Positions 1-10,415 are shown, numbered from the stretch's first letter. The stretch is DNA of 64,000 nucleotides from an uncultured Gammaproteobacteria bacterium (GCA_964596735.1 CAZQVF010000007.1:5772-69771), one strand, 5' to 3'. A program made the numbers and translations. Notes: generated by a model not told the origin, from the sequence alone.

Positions 1-1
1 T

Positions 2-274
2 TTATTACGATATTGTTATAATATAGATGAAAGTAAATTTCGTTGTACGCTTCAATGTAGGGCTGATCAAGATATAGAAAATTTGGAAAAATTTTGGTCT
101 AAATTAACGAAAATTCCTCGATCACATTTTTATAGAGCCAAGATTGACCCTCGAACTATTGGGAAGCCTTCTAAAAAGAGTGGGTATAAGGGGGTCTGTC
201 GTGTAGATTATTTTTCTGCTGATTTATTTATAGAATTAATGATGATATCTAGTATAATTTATAAGGGCCCATAG
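2..274 (+). CDS. 5'-truncated hypothetical protein, possibly LAGLIDADG-like, overlapping the tRNA-Ala 5' end
   Basis: Frame is open from position 2 (LLRYCYNIDESKFRCTLQCRADQDIENLEKFWSKLTKIP...YKGVCRVDY); the stop TAG lies inside tRNA-Ala; family assignment is by resemblance only. Confidence 0.55.
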   Translation, partial: LLRYCYNIDESKFRCTLQCRADQDIENLEKFWSKLTKIPRSHFYRAKIDPRTIGKPSKKSGYKGVCRVDYFSADLFIELMMISSIIYKGP

Positions 275-340
275 CTCAGTTGGTAGAGTGTCTGCGTGGC
301 ACGCAGAAGGTCGGGAGTTCGAGCCTCCCTGGGTCCACCA
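265..340 (+). tRNA. tRNA-Ala(GGC)
   Basis: Cloverleaf GGGCCCA...TGGGTCC-A-CCA; anticodon arm TCTGC-GTGGCAC-GCAGA; T-loop GTTCGAG. Confidence 0.95.
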
Positions 341-427
341 CTTGGGCATTTGGCCCTTCACTTTAGGGAAAGAGTCCAAGACATTCTTTTATATAATCAT
401 AGGTTTTTTCAATAATTACAAGTAGAG

Positions 428-499
428 GGGCACTTGGCGCAGTGGTAGCGCGTCTGGTTTACATCCAGTAGGTCGGGGGTTCGAATCCCTCAGTGCCCA
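428..499 (+). tRNA. tRNA-Val(TAC)
   Basis: Acceptor GGGCACT/AGTGCCC-A; anticodon loop TTTACAT; GGTTCGAATCC. Confidence 0.95.
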
Positions 500-541
500 C
501 TTTCAAAATTATATTAGAGTGATATAATATTTATTTAATTA

Positions 542-613
542 GCCGAGGTAGCTCAGTGGTAGAGCAGTAGACTGAAAATCTACGTGTCGGCAGTCCGATT
601 CTGCCCCTCGGCA
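542..613 (+). tRNA. tRNA-Phe(GAA)
   Basis: Acceptor GCCGAGG/CCTCGGC-A; anticodon arm GTAGA-CTGAAAA-TCTAC; atypical T-loop TCCGATT. Confidence 0.93.
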
Positions 614-668
614 CTTTAAAATAGTTAATATATGATAATATTATTTTTAAGTGTTTTTAAAATTTGTC

Positions 669-696
669 CCGGGTGTAGCTAAACACTCGGTTTTTA
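669..696 (+). terminator. Probable intrinsic terminator after the tRNA cluster
   Basis: CCGGGTGT-agctaa-ACACTCGG hairpin followed by a T6 tract. Confidence 0.6.
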
Positions 697-711
697 TTTA
701 AAATTATTTAT

Positions 712-1950
712 ATGAAGAATTCTGTTAATCCTTGGAAAATAGCAAAAAAGCAATTAGACAACATTGCCAAATTATTGGATATGGACAAAAAGGTTTTAAA
801 AAAATTAAGTCAACCAGATAATTTTTTAGAAAAATTTATATCAATCCGAATGGACAATGGCATAAAGAAAAGATTTAAGGCATATCGTTCTCAATATAAC
901 AATACCTTAGGTTCCTATAAGGGAGGCGTTCGCTTTCATCCACAAGTAAACAGAGATGAGGTTATGGCTTTATCAATGTGGATGACGTGGAAATGTTCTT
1001 TGGTAAATATTCCTTTCGGGGGAGGAAAAGGGGGTATAACAGTTAACCCCAAAAAACTTTCTTCTAAAGAATTAGAAAAACTAGCTCGAGGTTATGTAAA
1101 AAGTTTTTCAAATTTTCTAGGAGAAGATAAAGACATTCCTGCTCCTGACGTAGGAGTTAGTTCTCAAATAATAGACTGGATGACAAAGGAGCATATTAAG
1201 AATGGAGGAACTAAAGCTGGTTTTACTGGGAAGTCAGTATCTCTTGGTGGATCAAAAGGGAGGACGCAGGCAACAGGCAGAGGAGGATACTATATTTTAG
1301 AAAGGCTAAAACAAAAATTAAATTTAATTCCTTGCCAAACTAGTATAATTATCCAGGGATTTGGTAATGTGGGTTATTGGTTTGCTCAAGAAGCTTTTAA
1401 AAAGGGATATAAAATTGTTGGTTTAAGTGACTCAAAAGGAGGAATCTTGAGTAATAAATTTAAAAGATTAAATCCCGCAGCAGTTTTAGAACATAAAGAG
1501 AAAACAGGTTCTGTTATAGGTTTTCCCCAGACAAAGACTATTAGCCAACAACAGTTATTAGAGCAGAGGGTAGATGTTTTAGCACCCGCTGCTTTAGAGG
1601 GAGTGATTCATCAGAATAATGTTGATAAAATAAGAGCCAAAATAATTATTGAATTAGCTAATGGACCAGTAGATTCGAGCGTAGATTATATTTTGAAAAG
1701 CAAAAATATTATTGTTATTCCAGATATTTTAGCAAATAGCGGTGGAGTAATTGTGTCTTATTTTGAATGGCGTCAAAATAAAGAGAATAAATTTTGGACA
1801 GAACAAAAAGTTAATCAACGACTTAAACATAAAATAATAAAAAGCCTTGACGATGTTTGGAATATAGCCAGAGAAAGGAAAATAGATATGAGAACAGCCG
1901 CTTATGTTCGAGCGGTTTCTCGAATAGTTAAAGAGATGCAAAACAGTTGA
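712..1950 (+). CDS. gdhA: Glu/Leu/Phe/Val (glutamate) dehydrogenase
   Basis: KGGVRFHP, PFGGGKGG, DIPAPDV, QGFGNVG, ELANGP and NSGGVIVSYFEW motifs. Confidence 0.93.
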   Translation: MKNSVNPWKIAKKQLDNIAKLLDMDKKVLKKLSQPDNFLEKFISIRMDNGIKKRFKAYRSQYNNTLGSYKGGVRFHPQVNRDEVMALSMWMTWKCSLVNIPFGGGKGGITVNPKKLSSKELEKLARGYVKSFSNFLGEDKDIPAPDVGVSSQIIDWMTKEHIKNGGTKAGFTGKSVSLGGSKGRTQATGRGGYYILERLKQKLNLIPCQTSIIIQGFGNVGYWFAQEAFKKGYKIVGLSDSKGGILSNKFKRLNPAAVLEHKEKTGSVIGFPQTKTISQQQLLEQRVDVLAPAALEGVIHQNNVDKIRAKIIIELANGPVDSSVDYILKSKNIIVIPDILANSGGVIVSYFEWRQNKENKFWTEQKVNQRLKHKIIKSLDDVWNIARERKIDMRTAAYVRAVSRIVKEMQNS

Positions 1951-2014
1951 AAATTATAATAAAAAAGCTAAAATAAAAGAGTTTAAAGGATTTCTGATTT
2001 AATTATTAGATATT

Positions 2015-3433
2015 ATGTCAAAAGTAAAAATTTTAATATTATTTTTTATCATCATTTCTTTTTGTTTTGTTTTCCTTCCTAATATAGTCAGGGCAGAACA
2101 AGATTTCACTTGTGTGGTTTATTTCACTGGCATTGGCTGTCCACATTGTGCCAAGGCAGATCCAATTATTTTAAAAAATTTTTTAAATAAATATCCAGAT
2201 TTAGTTGTTGTTGAATATGAAATTTATCAACAGGTAGAGAACGCTCCTTTGAATTATCAGGCAAGCGAATCTTATCAGACAACTTTTGGCATTCCACGTA
2301 TTATTTTTGGTTCAGAAGATTATCTTGTTGGTGATCAACAAATTATAAATAATTTTAGTTCAAAAGTTAAAGGGTTAAAAGGAAATAAATGTGCTCTAGT
2401 TGATGGTAAAATAATTAGTTTTAGTGGTCTGGATTTAAGCTCATTGCCCGGTAAACCTAAAATTTGGAATCAAAATAGAATTTTGATTAAAAATAATCTA
2501 GAAGGGAATTGGATTTTTGCCTGGAACGGAGAAAATGTTGAAGAAAGAAATACGGAGGATATTATCAATAATAAAGATGTCTTACAAGAATTGATTAAAA
2601 CAGAGAATATTTCAGGGCTTATCCAAGGAATAAACTACAAAACAGTTGGATTAATAACTGTTTCCCTATCTGGACAGAATATAATTTTTAATAATAGCGT
2701 TGAGTTCGTTGTTGAGGGAGTGGGGGAACCAATTAGTCGGGCTCTTACATTGTCTAAAATTTTATCCTTAGCCACTGTAGACGCAATAAATCCCTGTGCT
2801 TTAGCCGTTTTAGCGTTAATGTTGATTACCATCTTAACGTATAATCCAAATAATAAGAGAAAAATTTTATTAGCCGGCCTAGCTTTTGTTTGTTCTGTTT
2901 TTATCATGTACCTTTTTTATGGTTTAGTGATTATTAAGTTTTTTCAATTAATTCAGGCCTTAACCAGTGTACGTTTATGGCTGTATGGGGCTTTAGGATT
3001 TTTAGCGATTGTTTTAGGAATTTTAAATATTAAAGATTTTCTTAAATATAAACCAGGAGGCCTGGGCACAGAAATGCCCATGTTTTTAAGACCTAAGGTT
3101 AAAAAAATAATTTCCAGAGTCACTTCACCGGCTGGAGCATTTGTTGTTGGCGCTCTTGTCACCGTTTTTCTTTTGCCCTGTACTATTGGTCCATATGTAA
3201 TTTGTGGAGGAATTTTATCTACGTTAGGATTGTTAAAATCTCTACCCTGGTTGTTGTTTTATAATTTAATTTTTGTCCTGCCCATGCTGATCATTACTAT
3301 TATTGTTTATTTAGGTGTTGCTAGAGTTGAAAATGTTTCTGACTGGAAAGACAAAAATATTAGATATTTACATTTAATTTCCGGAATAATTATTCTTCTT
3401 TTAGGCTTAGCCATGGTTCTTGGTTGGGTTTAA
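2015..3433 (+). CDS. Thioredoxin-like (CPHC) domain fused to a DsbD/CcdA-type transmembrane domain
   Basis: Signal peptide, GCPHC motif, then about 6 TM helices with the conserved INPCA and LPCT cysteines. Confidence 0.75.
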   Translation: MSKVKILILFFIIISFCFVFLPNIVRAEQDFTCVVYFTGIGCPHCAKADPIILKNFLNKYPDLVVVEYEIYQQVENAPLNYQASESYQTTFGIPRIIFGSEDYLVGDQQIINNFSSKVKGLKGNKCALVDGKIISFSGLDLSSLPGKPKIWNQNRILIKNNLEGNWIFAWNGENVEERNTEDIINNKDVLQELIKTENISGLIQGINYKTVGLITVSLSGQNIIFNNSVEFVVEGVGEPISRALTLSKILSLATVDAINPCALAVLALMLITILTYNPNNKRKILLAGLAFVCSVFIMYLFYGLVIIKFFQLIQALTSVRLWLYGALGFLAIVLGILNIKDFLKYKPGGLGTEMPMFLRPKVKKIISRVTSPAGAFVVGALVTVFLLPCTIGPYVICGGILSTLGLLKSLPWLLFYNLIFVLPMLIITIIVYLGVARVENVSDWKDKNIRYLHLISGIIILLLGLAMVLGWV

Positions 3434-3491
3434 AAAATAATTAGAATGCCATAAAAACAGGCATTGAGCCTGTTTTTATTTTGAGTTTATA

Positions 3492-3929
3492 ATGTTTCAA
3501 AACCTAAAAAATAAAATAAGAATTTTACCTATAAAACAAAAGCCAAATGACGTTTGGCTGTCAGGTAAAGTTGTGAGAGGCAGAGGATTGGCAAAAAAAA
3601 TCAAATCCCCTACTTTAAATTTTAATAATCCTAATATTCTTCTGGGACAGAAAAAAGGAGTTTATGCTTGCCTTTTAAAGATACATAAGAAAATATATCA
3701 AGGCGTACTTTATTATGGTCCAAGGTTAATTTTAAAGGAAAAAGAAAATATTCTAGAAGTTTTCGTTTTTGATTTTAATAAAGAAATTTACGGAGAAACA
3801 GTTTTTTTCCAATTAGCTGGTTTTATACGAAAGCCAAAAAATTTCCCAGATTTTATTAGTTTTCAAAAACAATTAAAACAAGATTGTTATAGAGCCATAA
3901 AAATTTTAGAGTCTACCACTAAACAGTAA
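3492..3929 (+). CDS. Riboflavin kinase (stand-alone RibF C-terminal domain)
   Basis: GKVVRGRG, PTLN, GVYA, LEVFVFDF, IYGE and FIRKPKNF motifs. Confidence 0.85.
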   Translation: MFQNLKNKIRILPIKQKPNDVWLSGKVVRGRGLAKKIKSPTLNFNNPNILLGQKKGVYACLLKIHKKIYQGVLYYGPRLILKEKENILEVFVFDFNKEIYGETVFFQLAGFIRKPKNFPDFISFQKQLKQDCYRAIKILESTTKQ

Positions 3930-3939
3930 ACTCTTTTTA

Positions 3940-4014
3940 TGGAGCGGGTAGGGGGAATCGAACCCCCGTCATCAGGTTGGAAACCTGAGATAATAACCAC
4001 TATACGATACCCGC
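3940..4014 (-). tRNA. tRNA-Gly(TCC)
   Basis: Reverse complement GCGGGTA...TCAGG-TTTCCAA-CCTGA...GGTTCGATTCC...TACCCGC-T-CCA. Confidence 0.95.
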
Positions 4015-4126
4015 TTTATTTGGATTATAAATTAATTTTACGTGTCTGTAAAGACCATATTGACTAATTTGTTTTTTAGATTATAATCTAAAATAGAATA
4101 TTAATGAAAGAGGGTATAAATTTAAT

Positions 4127-5851
4127 ATGAAAATAAAAAAGAAACACCTTTTTCTTATTTTAATCATAATAATTATTATTTTTTTAGTTTATTTCTTTAT
4201 TAAAGAAAAAGAACAAGAATATGATGTTATTTCTGTAGAAAAAGGAGATTTAATTCAAGAGGTTAGTGTTATTGGTCGAGTAGAACCGGCAAAGAGCGTT
4301 GATTTGGCATTTGAAAAAAGTGGCCGAGTAGCTAAAGTTAACATTAATATTGGTGATCAAGCAGTTATTGGACAAATTTTAGTAGAATTAGACAATAATG
4401 ATTTAACGGCTCAATTAGCACAAGATCAAGCTGCTTTGGAAAGCGCTCAAGCTGGATTAAGACAATATGAGGCAGCTTTAGATGCAGAGAAAGCAAGGCT
4501 AGATGAATTAAAAGCAGGGGCTAAGTTAGAAGAGATTCAAGTAGTAGAAACAAAGGCTTCTAATGCAGAAAAAACATTGACTGATGCTAGGGTTAATTTA
4601 GAAAATGTGAAAAACAAGGCAGATATTGACCTATTAAACCTTTATGACGGGATTGAAGATATTCTTAATGATGCATATTTTAAGGCAGATGATGCATTAA
4701 ATAAACAAATAGATGATTTATTTTCTAATGACTCTTCGGCTGATCCAACAATAACTTTTTCAACATCTGACTCACAGGCTAAAATAGATGTTGAGCAGGG
4801 TAGGATTAGTGTTGAGCAAGCATTTTTGTCTTTTAAAGCAGAGGTTGATAACCTGTCTTCTTTAGACTTAGATCAAGCTTTAAATAATGGAGAGGAACAT
4901 TTAGTTACTATTAGAATTTTTTTAAATCGTTTAAATGAGGCAGTTAATACGGCAACAGGTTTATCGTCAACAGTTCTTAGTACCTATAAAACCAATATTA
5001 ATACAGCCCGAACCAATATTAATACAGCTATCACTAATATTAATAGTCAGAAACAATTAATTGCTGCTCAAAAAATAACTAATCAAAATAATATTAATAC
5101 TGCCCAGACAGGAATTAATGAGGCTCAGAGCGCTTTAATTTTAGCAAATGACGAACTTATTCTTAAAAAATCTGGAGCAACAGATGAGCAAATCAGAGCT
5201 CAGGAATCAAAAGTTAAACAAGCTGAGTTAAATATCACCTCCCAAAGGGCCCAGGTTAAGCAATCTCAAGCTAAAATTGAGAATGTTCAAGCTCAACTAG
5301 CCAAGACAGTTCTTAAATCTCCAATAAATGGTGTAATTGTTGAACAAGAAGCTAAAGTTGGGGAAATTATTTCACTCAATACTTTAGTTCTTTCAATTAT
5401 TTCTGAGATAGATTTTGAAATAAAATCTAATGTTCCAGAAGCCGATATTGCTAAGATTAGTTTAGATAATTTAGCAAAGGTTACATTAGACGCTTATGGC
5501 AGTGATGTTGAGTTTAATACCAAGGTTACTAATATTAATCCAGCAGAAAGAATTATTGAAGGAGTCGCTACCTATCAGGTTACTTTAAATTTTATTAATA
5601 AAGATGAAAGAATTAAATCAGGAATGACAGCCGATGTTAATATTTTAACTGCTGAGAAAAAGGACGTTTTAATGATTCCCAGCCGGACAATTCTTAAAAA
5701 GAATGGGAGAAAGTTTGTTAAATTATTAATAAATCAAGAAGGAGAAAAAATAATTAAGGAAGTGAATATAGAAACAGGATTAAGGGGCTCTAGGGGTAAA
5801 ATAGAGATTATTAAAGGTTTAGAATTGGGAGATCAAATAGTTCTTCCTTAA
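4127..5851 (+). CDS. MacA/HlyD-family membrane-fusion (efflux adaptor) protein with a long coiled coil
   Basis: N-terminal TM, lipoyl half-motifs (DLAFEKSGRV...; LKSPINGVI), VPEADI and IKSGMTADV; first gene of an ABC operon. Confidence 0.85.
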   Translation: MKIKKKHLFLILIIIIIIFLVYFFIKEKEQEYDVISVEKGDLIQEVSVIGRVEPAKSVDLAFEKSGRVAKVNINIGDQAVIGQILVELDNNDLTAQLAQDQAALESAQAGLRQYEAALDAEKARLDELKAGAKLEEIQVVETKASNAEKTLTDARVNLENVKNKADIDLLNLYDGIEDILNDAYFKADDALNKQIDDLFSNDSSADPTITFSTSDSQAKIDVEQGRISVEQAFLSFKAEVDNLSSLDLDQALNNGEEHLVTIRIFLNRLNEAVNTATGLSSTVLSTYKTNINTARTNINTAITNINSQKQLIAAQKITNQNNINTAQTGINEAQSALILANDELILKKSGATDEQIRAQESKVKQAELNITSQRAQVKQSQAKIENVQAQLAKTVLKSPINGVIVEQEAKVGEIISLNTLVLSIISEIDFEIKSNVPEADIAKISLDNLAKVTLDAYGSDVEFNTKVTNINPAERIIEGVATYQVTLNFINKDERIKSGMTADVNILTAEKKDVLMIPSRTILKKNGRKFVKLLINQEGEKIIKEVNIETGLRGSRGKIEIIKGLELGDQIVLP

Positions 5852-5859
5852 AAATATCT

Positions 5860-6576
5860 ATGTCTTTAATTAAAACAGAAAAAGTAGAGAAGATTTACGG
5901 AGAAGGAGAAGTAAGAACTCCCGCTTTAAGGGGAGATTCTTTTATTATAGAAAAAGGAGAATTTGTTGCGATTATGGGTCCTTCGGGCTCTGGAAAATCA
6001 ACATTACTTCATATTTTAGGATTTTTAGACAGACCAACAAAAGGAAAGTATTATTTTCAAAATAAATCCATGGACGAATATACGGATGATGAGTTGGCCC
6101 AAATCAGAAATGAGCAAATGGGATTTATTTTTCAAACTTTTAATTTGCTCCCTCGTACTAATGTCTTGGACAATGTAAAGTTGCCTCTTTATTATTCTAA
6201 AATATCAGAATCTTTATGGGATAAAAAAGCAAGAGGAGCACTTGAAATGGTAGGACTTTCTCATCGCTTAAAACATGATCGCTCCCAGCTTTCTGGAGGA
6301 GAACAACAAAGAGTGGCAATTGCCAGGGCCTTGGTTAATGAACCAGATGTTATTTTTGCTGACGAACCGACTGGGAATCTTGATTCAAAATCAGGACAAA
6401 TAATAATGGATATTATTCAAAAACTTAATGACAAGGGTCACACAATTATTATGGTCACTCATGAACAATATACTTCAGAAATGGCTAAAAGAATTATTAA
6501 ATTAAAAGACGGTTTAATTGAAAGCGATACCAAGGTTGTTGAACGGCATTTTGCCAAAGAAGGATTATTTAAGTAA
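5860..6576 (+). CDS. MacB/LolD-family ABC transporter ATPase
   Basis: Walker [10 protein letters not shown], signature [15 protein letters not shown], Walker [11 protein letters not shown]. Confidence 0.95.
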   Translation: MSLIKTEKVEKIYGEGEVRTPALRGDSFIIEKGEFVAIMGPSGSGKSTLLHILGFLDRPTKGKYYFQNKSMDEYTDDELAQIRNEQMGFIFQTFNLLPRTNVLDNVKLPLYYSKISESLWDKKARGALEMVGLSHRLKHDRSQLSGGEQQRVAIARALVNEPDVIFADEPTGNLDSKSGQIIMDIIQKLNDKGHTIIMVTHEQYTSEMAKRIIKLKDGLIESDTKVVERHFAKEGLFK

Positions 6577-6579
6577 ATT

Positions 6580-7827
6580 ATGAGAATAAAACACGCCTTT
6601 AAAAATGTCTTTATTGGACTAAAAACGAATAAATCCCGGTCTTTTTTAACTATTTTAGGAATTGTTATCGGAATTACTTCTATTATTTTAATCATGTCTA
6701 TTGGTCAGTCGGCTGAAGATTTGATTTTAAATGAAATCAAAGCAATGGGTGGAAATTTTATTCAGATTAATCCAGGTAAAGAAATAAAAGGACCTCAAGA
6801 CATGGCAGAGATTATGTTCAACGATTCTTTAAAAGATAGAGACATACGAGCCTTAAAAAATAAAAACAACGTTCCTGATTTAGAAGATATTACCCCTGCT
6901 GTTTTTGTTCCGGGAAGTGTTTCATACCGTGGAGAAACCTATAAACCGATTATTATGGGGTGGACAGCAGATTGGATGGCAAAACTTTATGATATTTATC
7001 CAGAAAAAGGAGAGTATTTTACAGAAGATGATATCAAATCTCTTTCGGCTGTAGCCGTAATCGGAGAAAAGGTAAGAGAAGAACTTTTTGGACACACAGA
7101 GGCTATAGGGGAGAAAATTAAAATTAAGGACAAATATTTTCGCGTTGTCGCAGTACTTTCTTCAAAGGGACAGGTTTCTTCTTTTATGGATGTAGATAAA
7201 TTTATCATTATTCCTTATACAACGGCACAAAAATATCTTTTAGGAGTTGATTATTATCCAGAAATTCATATTATGGCCAAAGATGAAAGCCTGGTTCCTG
7301 GAATGGTCGAAGACATAAAGATAACTTTAAGAGAATTACATAACATTGATGATCCAGAAGACGATGATTTTCATATTACTACTTCTGAAGAAATGATTGA
7401 TATGATCAGCCTAATCACGGGTATTTTAACAATTTTATTAACTTCTGTAGCGGCTATTTCTTTAGTAGTTGGCGGGGTGGGAATTATGAATATCATGTTG
7501 GTTTCAGTCACAGAAAAAACCAGGGAGATTGGTTTGAGAAAAGCTTTAGGAGCAAGAAAAAAAGATATTTTAATCCATTTTTTAATTGAATCTGTTGTTT
7601 TAACTTTTATTGGGGGAATGATAGGTATTAGTTTGGGAATATTATTTTCTTATTTAACATCTTTAGTTTTAGCGCAACAAGTGAGCCAGAATTGGCAGTT
7701 TGCTGTTTCAATGCCGGCAATACTTTTGGGCCTAGGGGTTGCTAGTTCAGTCGGACTAATTTTTGGTTTATATCCAGCAAAGAAAGCCTCTTTAAAAAGT
7801 CCAATTGAAGCACTAAGATATGAATAA
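6580..7827 (+). CDS. MacB/FtsX-family ABC permease
   Basis: RSFLTILGIVIG, GGVGIMNIMLVSVTEKTREIGLRKALGA and PIEALRYE. Confidence 0.93.
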   Translation: MRIKHAFKNVFIGLKTNKSRSFLTILGIVIGITSIILIMSIGQSAEDLILNEIKAMGGNFIQINPGKEIKGPQDMAEIMFNDSLKDRDIRALKNKNNVPDLEDITPAVFVPGSVSYRGETYKPIIMGWTADWMAKLYDIYPEKGEYFTEDDIKSLSAVAVIGEKVREELFGHTEAIGEKIKIKDKYFRVVAVLSSKGQVSSFMDVDKFIIIPYTTAQKYLLGVDYYPEIHIMAKDESLVPGMVEDIKITLRELHNIDDPEDDDFHITTSEEMIDMISLITGILTILLTSVAAISLVVGGVGIMNIMLVSVTEKTREIGLRKALGARKKDILIHFLIESVVLTFIGGMIGISLGILFSYLTSLVLAQQVSQNWQFAVSMPAILLGLGVASSVGLIFGLYPAKKASLKSPIEALRYE

Positions 7828-7854
7828 TTTTTAACAAATAAAATCATTGATAAC

Positions 7855-7884
7855 AAAAAAGCAGATTATTTAATCTGCTTTTTT
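7855..7884. terminator. Bidirectional intrinsic terminator
   Basis: A6-GCAGATTA-tt-TAATCTGC-T6 between the convergent permease and tRNA-Pro. Confidence 0.75.
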
Positions 7885-7957
7885 GGTCGGGATACCGAGA
7901 TTCGAACTCGGGCTAAATCCTCCCAAAGGACTCGTGCTACCGTTACACTATATCCCG
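7884..7957 (-). tRNA. tRNA-Pro(TGG)
   Basis: Reverse complement CGGGATA...AGTCC-TTTGGGA-GGATT...GTTCGAATC...TATCCCG-A-CCA. Confidence 0.93.
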
Positions 7958-8089
7958 TTAGTTATTATATTTTACATTTTTTATTTAAAAAATCAAGATA
8001 AAATAGCTTTAAAAAGTTTAACCACCCATTAATTTATAAATATATATATAAATATAATGGGTGGCTTTTTAATTTTTTCCTCCTTGGTT

Positions 8090-8275
8090 TTAGTCTACTC
8101 TTCTAGCTGTTTCAGGAATCAACCTGTTGTCCAGGTCGCTAAGACGAAATTCTAGCCTTTCTTTTTTTCCATCTGAAATCCTTGGATTTGCCAATTTTTG
8201 TTGAATGCTCGCCCTTTCTGTAGTGTAATTTGTCGAGCGGATTGATTTTTTGATGTCTGCTGCAGGTACCTCCAT
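8090..8275 (-). CDS. Small hypothetical protein (61 aa)
   Basis: AAAAGGAGA Shine-Dalgarno upstream, own promoter, downstream hairpin CCACCCATTA/TAATGGGTGG (~8022-8065). Confidence 0.55.
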   Translation of the reverse strand: MEVPAADIKKSIRSTNYTTERASIQQKLANPRISDGKKERLEFRLSDLDNRLIPETARRVD

Positions 8276-8477
8276 TCGCCGGTCTCCTTTTTTGGTTAAT
8301 AAAATCGGCCTTTGTTTGACCGACTTGTTTAATGATTGTCTAATTTTTTAAAACGAAGTCGGCGGTTAATAACTAGTTGATAAAACAACAAACCAAATTA
8401 AACCAAAATGAATTGGTTTAATATTACGTTTAGATTGTTTTGTGTAACTGGTCATATATCCGCCTTTAATTAAATTA

Positions 8478-8506
8478 ATAATATAGAAATTAAATATTTG
8501 TGTCAA
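8478..8506 (-). promoter_or_regulatory. Sigma70-type promoter for the structured leader and 61-aa ORF
   Basis: Minus strand TTGACA-17 bp-TATTAT. Confidence 0.65.
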
Positions 8507-8569
8507 CAAAACTTTTCCACAGAAATTATTTTGATTGAAAAAGCTATGATTTTTTGTTATGATTCAAAT

Positions 8570-9730
8570 ATGAATTATATTATTTGCCACTACAGTGAAA
8601 TCGGACTTAAAGGTAAGAACCGAAAATTTTTTGAGGAAAAATTGATTGAAAACATCAAACGTTGTTTGGATGCTCGTTTATACGAATTTGTTAAAAGAAT
8701 TTCTGGTAGGATTATTATTAGATTAAACCCAAGAGGAATAGAAAAGCAATCAGAAATTAAAATTGCCTTAAAAAATGTTTTTGGTTTGGCTTATTTTTGT
8801 TTTGCTCATGAATCTGAGCAAAACATAGAATCAATTAAACTGCAGGGTTTAGAAATTTTAAAGCAAAAAGATTTTAACAGTTTTCGCATTTTAACTAAAA
8901 GATCAAAGAAAAATTTTTACTTAACTTCTCCAGAAATTGACAGCCAAGTGGGGAAATATATTGTAGATAATCTAAAGAAAAAAGTTGATTTGAAAAATTC
9001 AGAGATAATACTTTTTATTGAAATAGTAGAAAAATACACTTTTCTTTATTTAGAAAAAATTAAAGGACAAGGAGGTTTGCCCGTTGGAGTTAGTGGCCAG
9101 GTTTTGCTTTTACTTTCTGGTGGAATTGATTCACCAGTGGCTGGTTTTCAGTTAATGAAAAGAGGCCTTAAGCTATGTTTTATTCATTTTCATACTTATC
9201 CTTATACGACCGAAAAGTCAATCAAGAAGACAGAAAAAATGGTTAAACGTTTATCAAGGTTTCAAGGGAAATCTAAGCTTTATCTAATTCCTTTTGCAGA
9301 AATTCAAAAACAAATAGTTTTAAAAGCACCAGTTAAGTTAAGAGTAATTTTTTACCGACGATTAATGGTCAAGATTGCCCAAGAAATTGCTAAAAAAGAA
9401 AATATTTCTGTTTTGGCGACTGGTGATAACTTGGGTCAAGTAGCCTCTCAGACACTGGAAAATATTAATGTTATTACTCAGGCAGTTGAGATGCCCATCC
9501 TCAGGCCCTTAATTACTTTTGATAAAGAAGAAATAGTTAATAAAGCAAAGGAAATTGATACTTATAAGATTTCTATTTTACCTGATCAAGATTGTTGTAG
9601 TCGGTTTGTGCCAAAACATCCAGAAACAAAAGCTTGTTTAAAAGATGTTAACAAAGCTGAAAAAAAACTTAAAATAAAAAAATTGATTAAAATCGCTATA
9701 AAACAAATTGAGATAAAACAGATTATCTAA
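8570..9730 (+). CDS. thiI: tRNA 4-thiouridine(8) synthase ThiI
   Basis: HYSEIGLKGKNR, THUMP domain, PP-loop LLSGGIDSPVA, GQVASQTLEN, DCC; start moved to ATG 8570. Confidence 0.93.
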   Translation: MNYIICHYSEIGLKGKNRKFFEEKLIENIKRCLDARLYEFVKRISGRIIIRLNPRGIEKQSEIKIALKNVFGLAYFCFAHESEQNIESIKLQGLEILKQKDFNSFRILTKRSKKNFYLTSPEIDSQVGKYIVDNLKKKVDLKNSEIILFIEIVEKYTFLYLEKIKGQGGLPVGVSGQVLLLLSGGIDSPVAGFQLMKRGLKLCFIHFHTYPYTTEKSIKKTEKMVKRLSRFQGKSKLYLIPFAEIQKQIVLKAPVKLRVIFYRRLMVKIAQEIAKKENISVLATGDNLGQVASQTLENINVITQAVEMPILRPLITFDKEEIVNKAKEIDTYKISILPDQDCCSRFVPKHPETKACLKDVNKAEKKLKIKKLIKIAIKQIEIKQII

Positions 9731-9893
9731 TTTTTCCCTCTTGACTTTTTACTAAGATTGATATAATATTTTATTATCTTTGTTTTATTATTTAAAGATA
9801 GAAAGGAGGAACGTTAAGGAGGTTGGGTCGCCATAGGCCCGTTAAGAGATCATTCAAAATAGATAAAACTGAAACTCAAATTAGGAGAGAACT

Positions 9894-10415
9894 ATGCAAA
9901 CTCAAATAGCCGGCTTATCAGAAACGATGACAATAAAAGCTCTTGTATTAGGGCAGGTGACAGAGGAAAGGGAAATGATTGAAGGGATGAAATCTTTTCC
10001 AGTTTTAAATAATTTCACGTCTCAAGAAAAAGAGATTCTCAAAGCAACAGGAGATCCGCGGGTTTGGTTGATTGCTACTTTTTTTGACAAACACTTAGTT
10101 AAAGCAGGAGTTCAGCTAAAAGGAAGTCAAATAAGCTATAAGTCTGCCTGCGATTCAAGAGAAGAAAATCATTTTGCAGATCCGAATCAGTCAGACGCCG
10201 GAATCACAGAATCTTTGGACAGACAGGCGTTATTGCTAGGTCATTCTAACCACAGAATAGGTTATTTAATAACCGGCATAGAAAGATTTATGCAACAACT
10301 AGACAAGTACGGGTATTGTCGGGAGTGCGGCGAACCAATTTTTCTTGAAAGGTTAGAAGAGGTTCCTCATGCGGGACTTTGTGTACCTTGCAAACAAAGG
10401 ATTAACGGCGAGTAA
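9894..10415 (+). CDS. TraR/DksA-family C4 zinc-finger protein
   Basis: YGYCRECGEPI..ERLEEVPHAGLCVPCK; AGGAGA SD; upstream TTGACT...TATAAT promoter near 9741-9767. Confidence 0.8.
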   Translation: MQTQIAGLSETMTIKALVLGQVTEEREMIEGMKSFPVLNNFTSQEKEILKATGDPRVWLIATFFDKHLVKAGVQLKGSQISYKSACDSREENHFADPNQSDAGITESLDRQALLLGHSNHRIGYLITGIERFMQQLDKYGYCRECGEPIFLERLEEVPHAGLCVPCKQRINGE

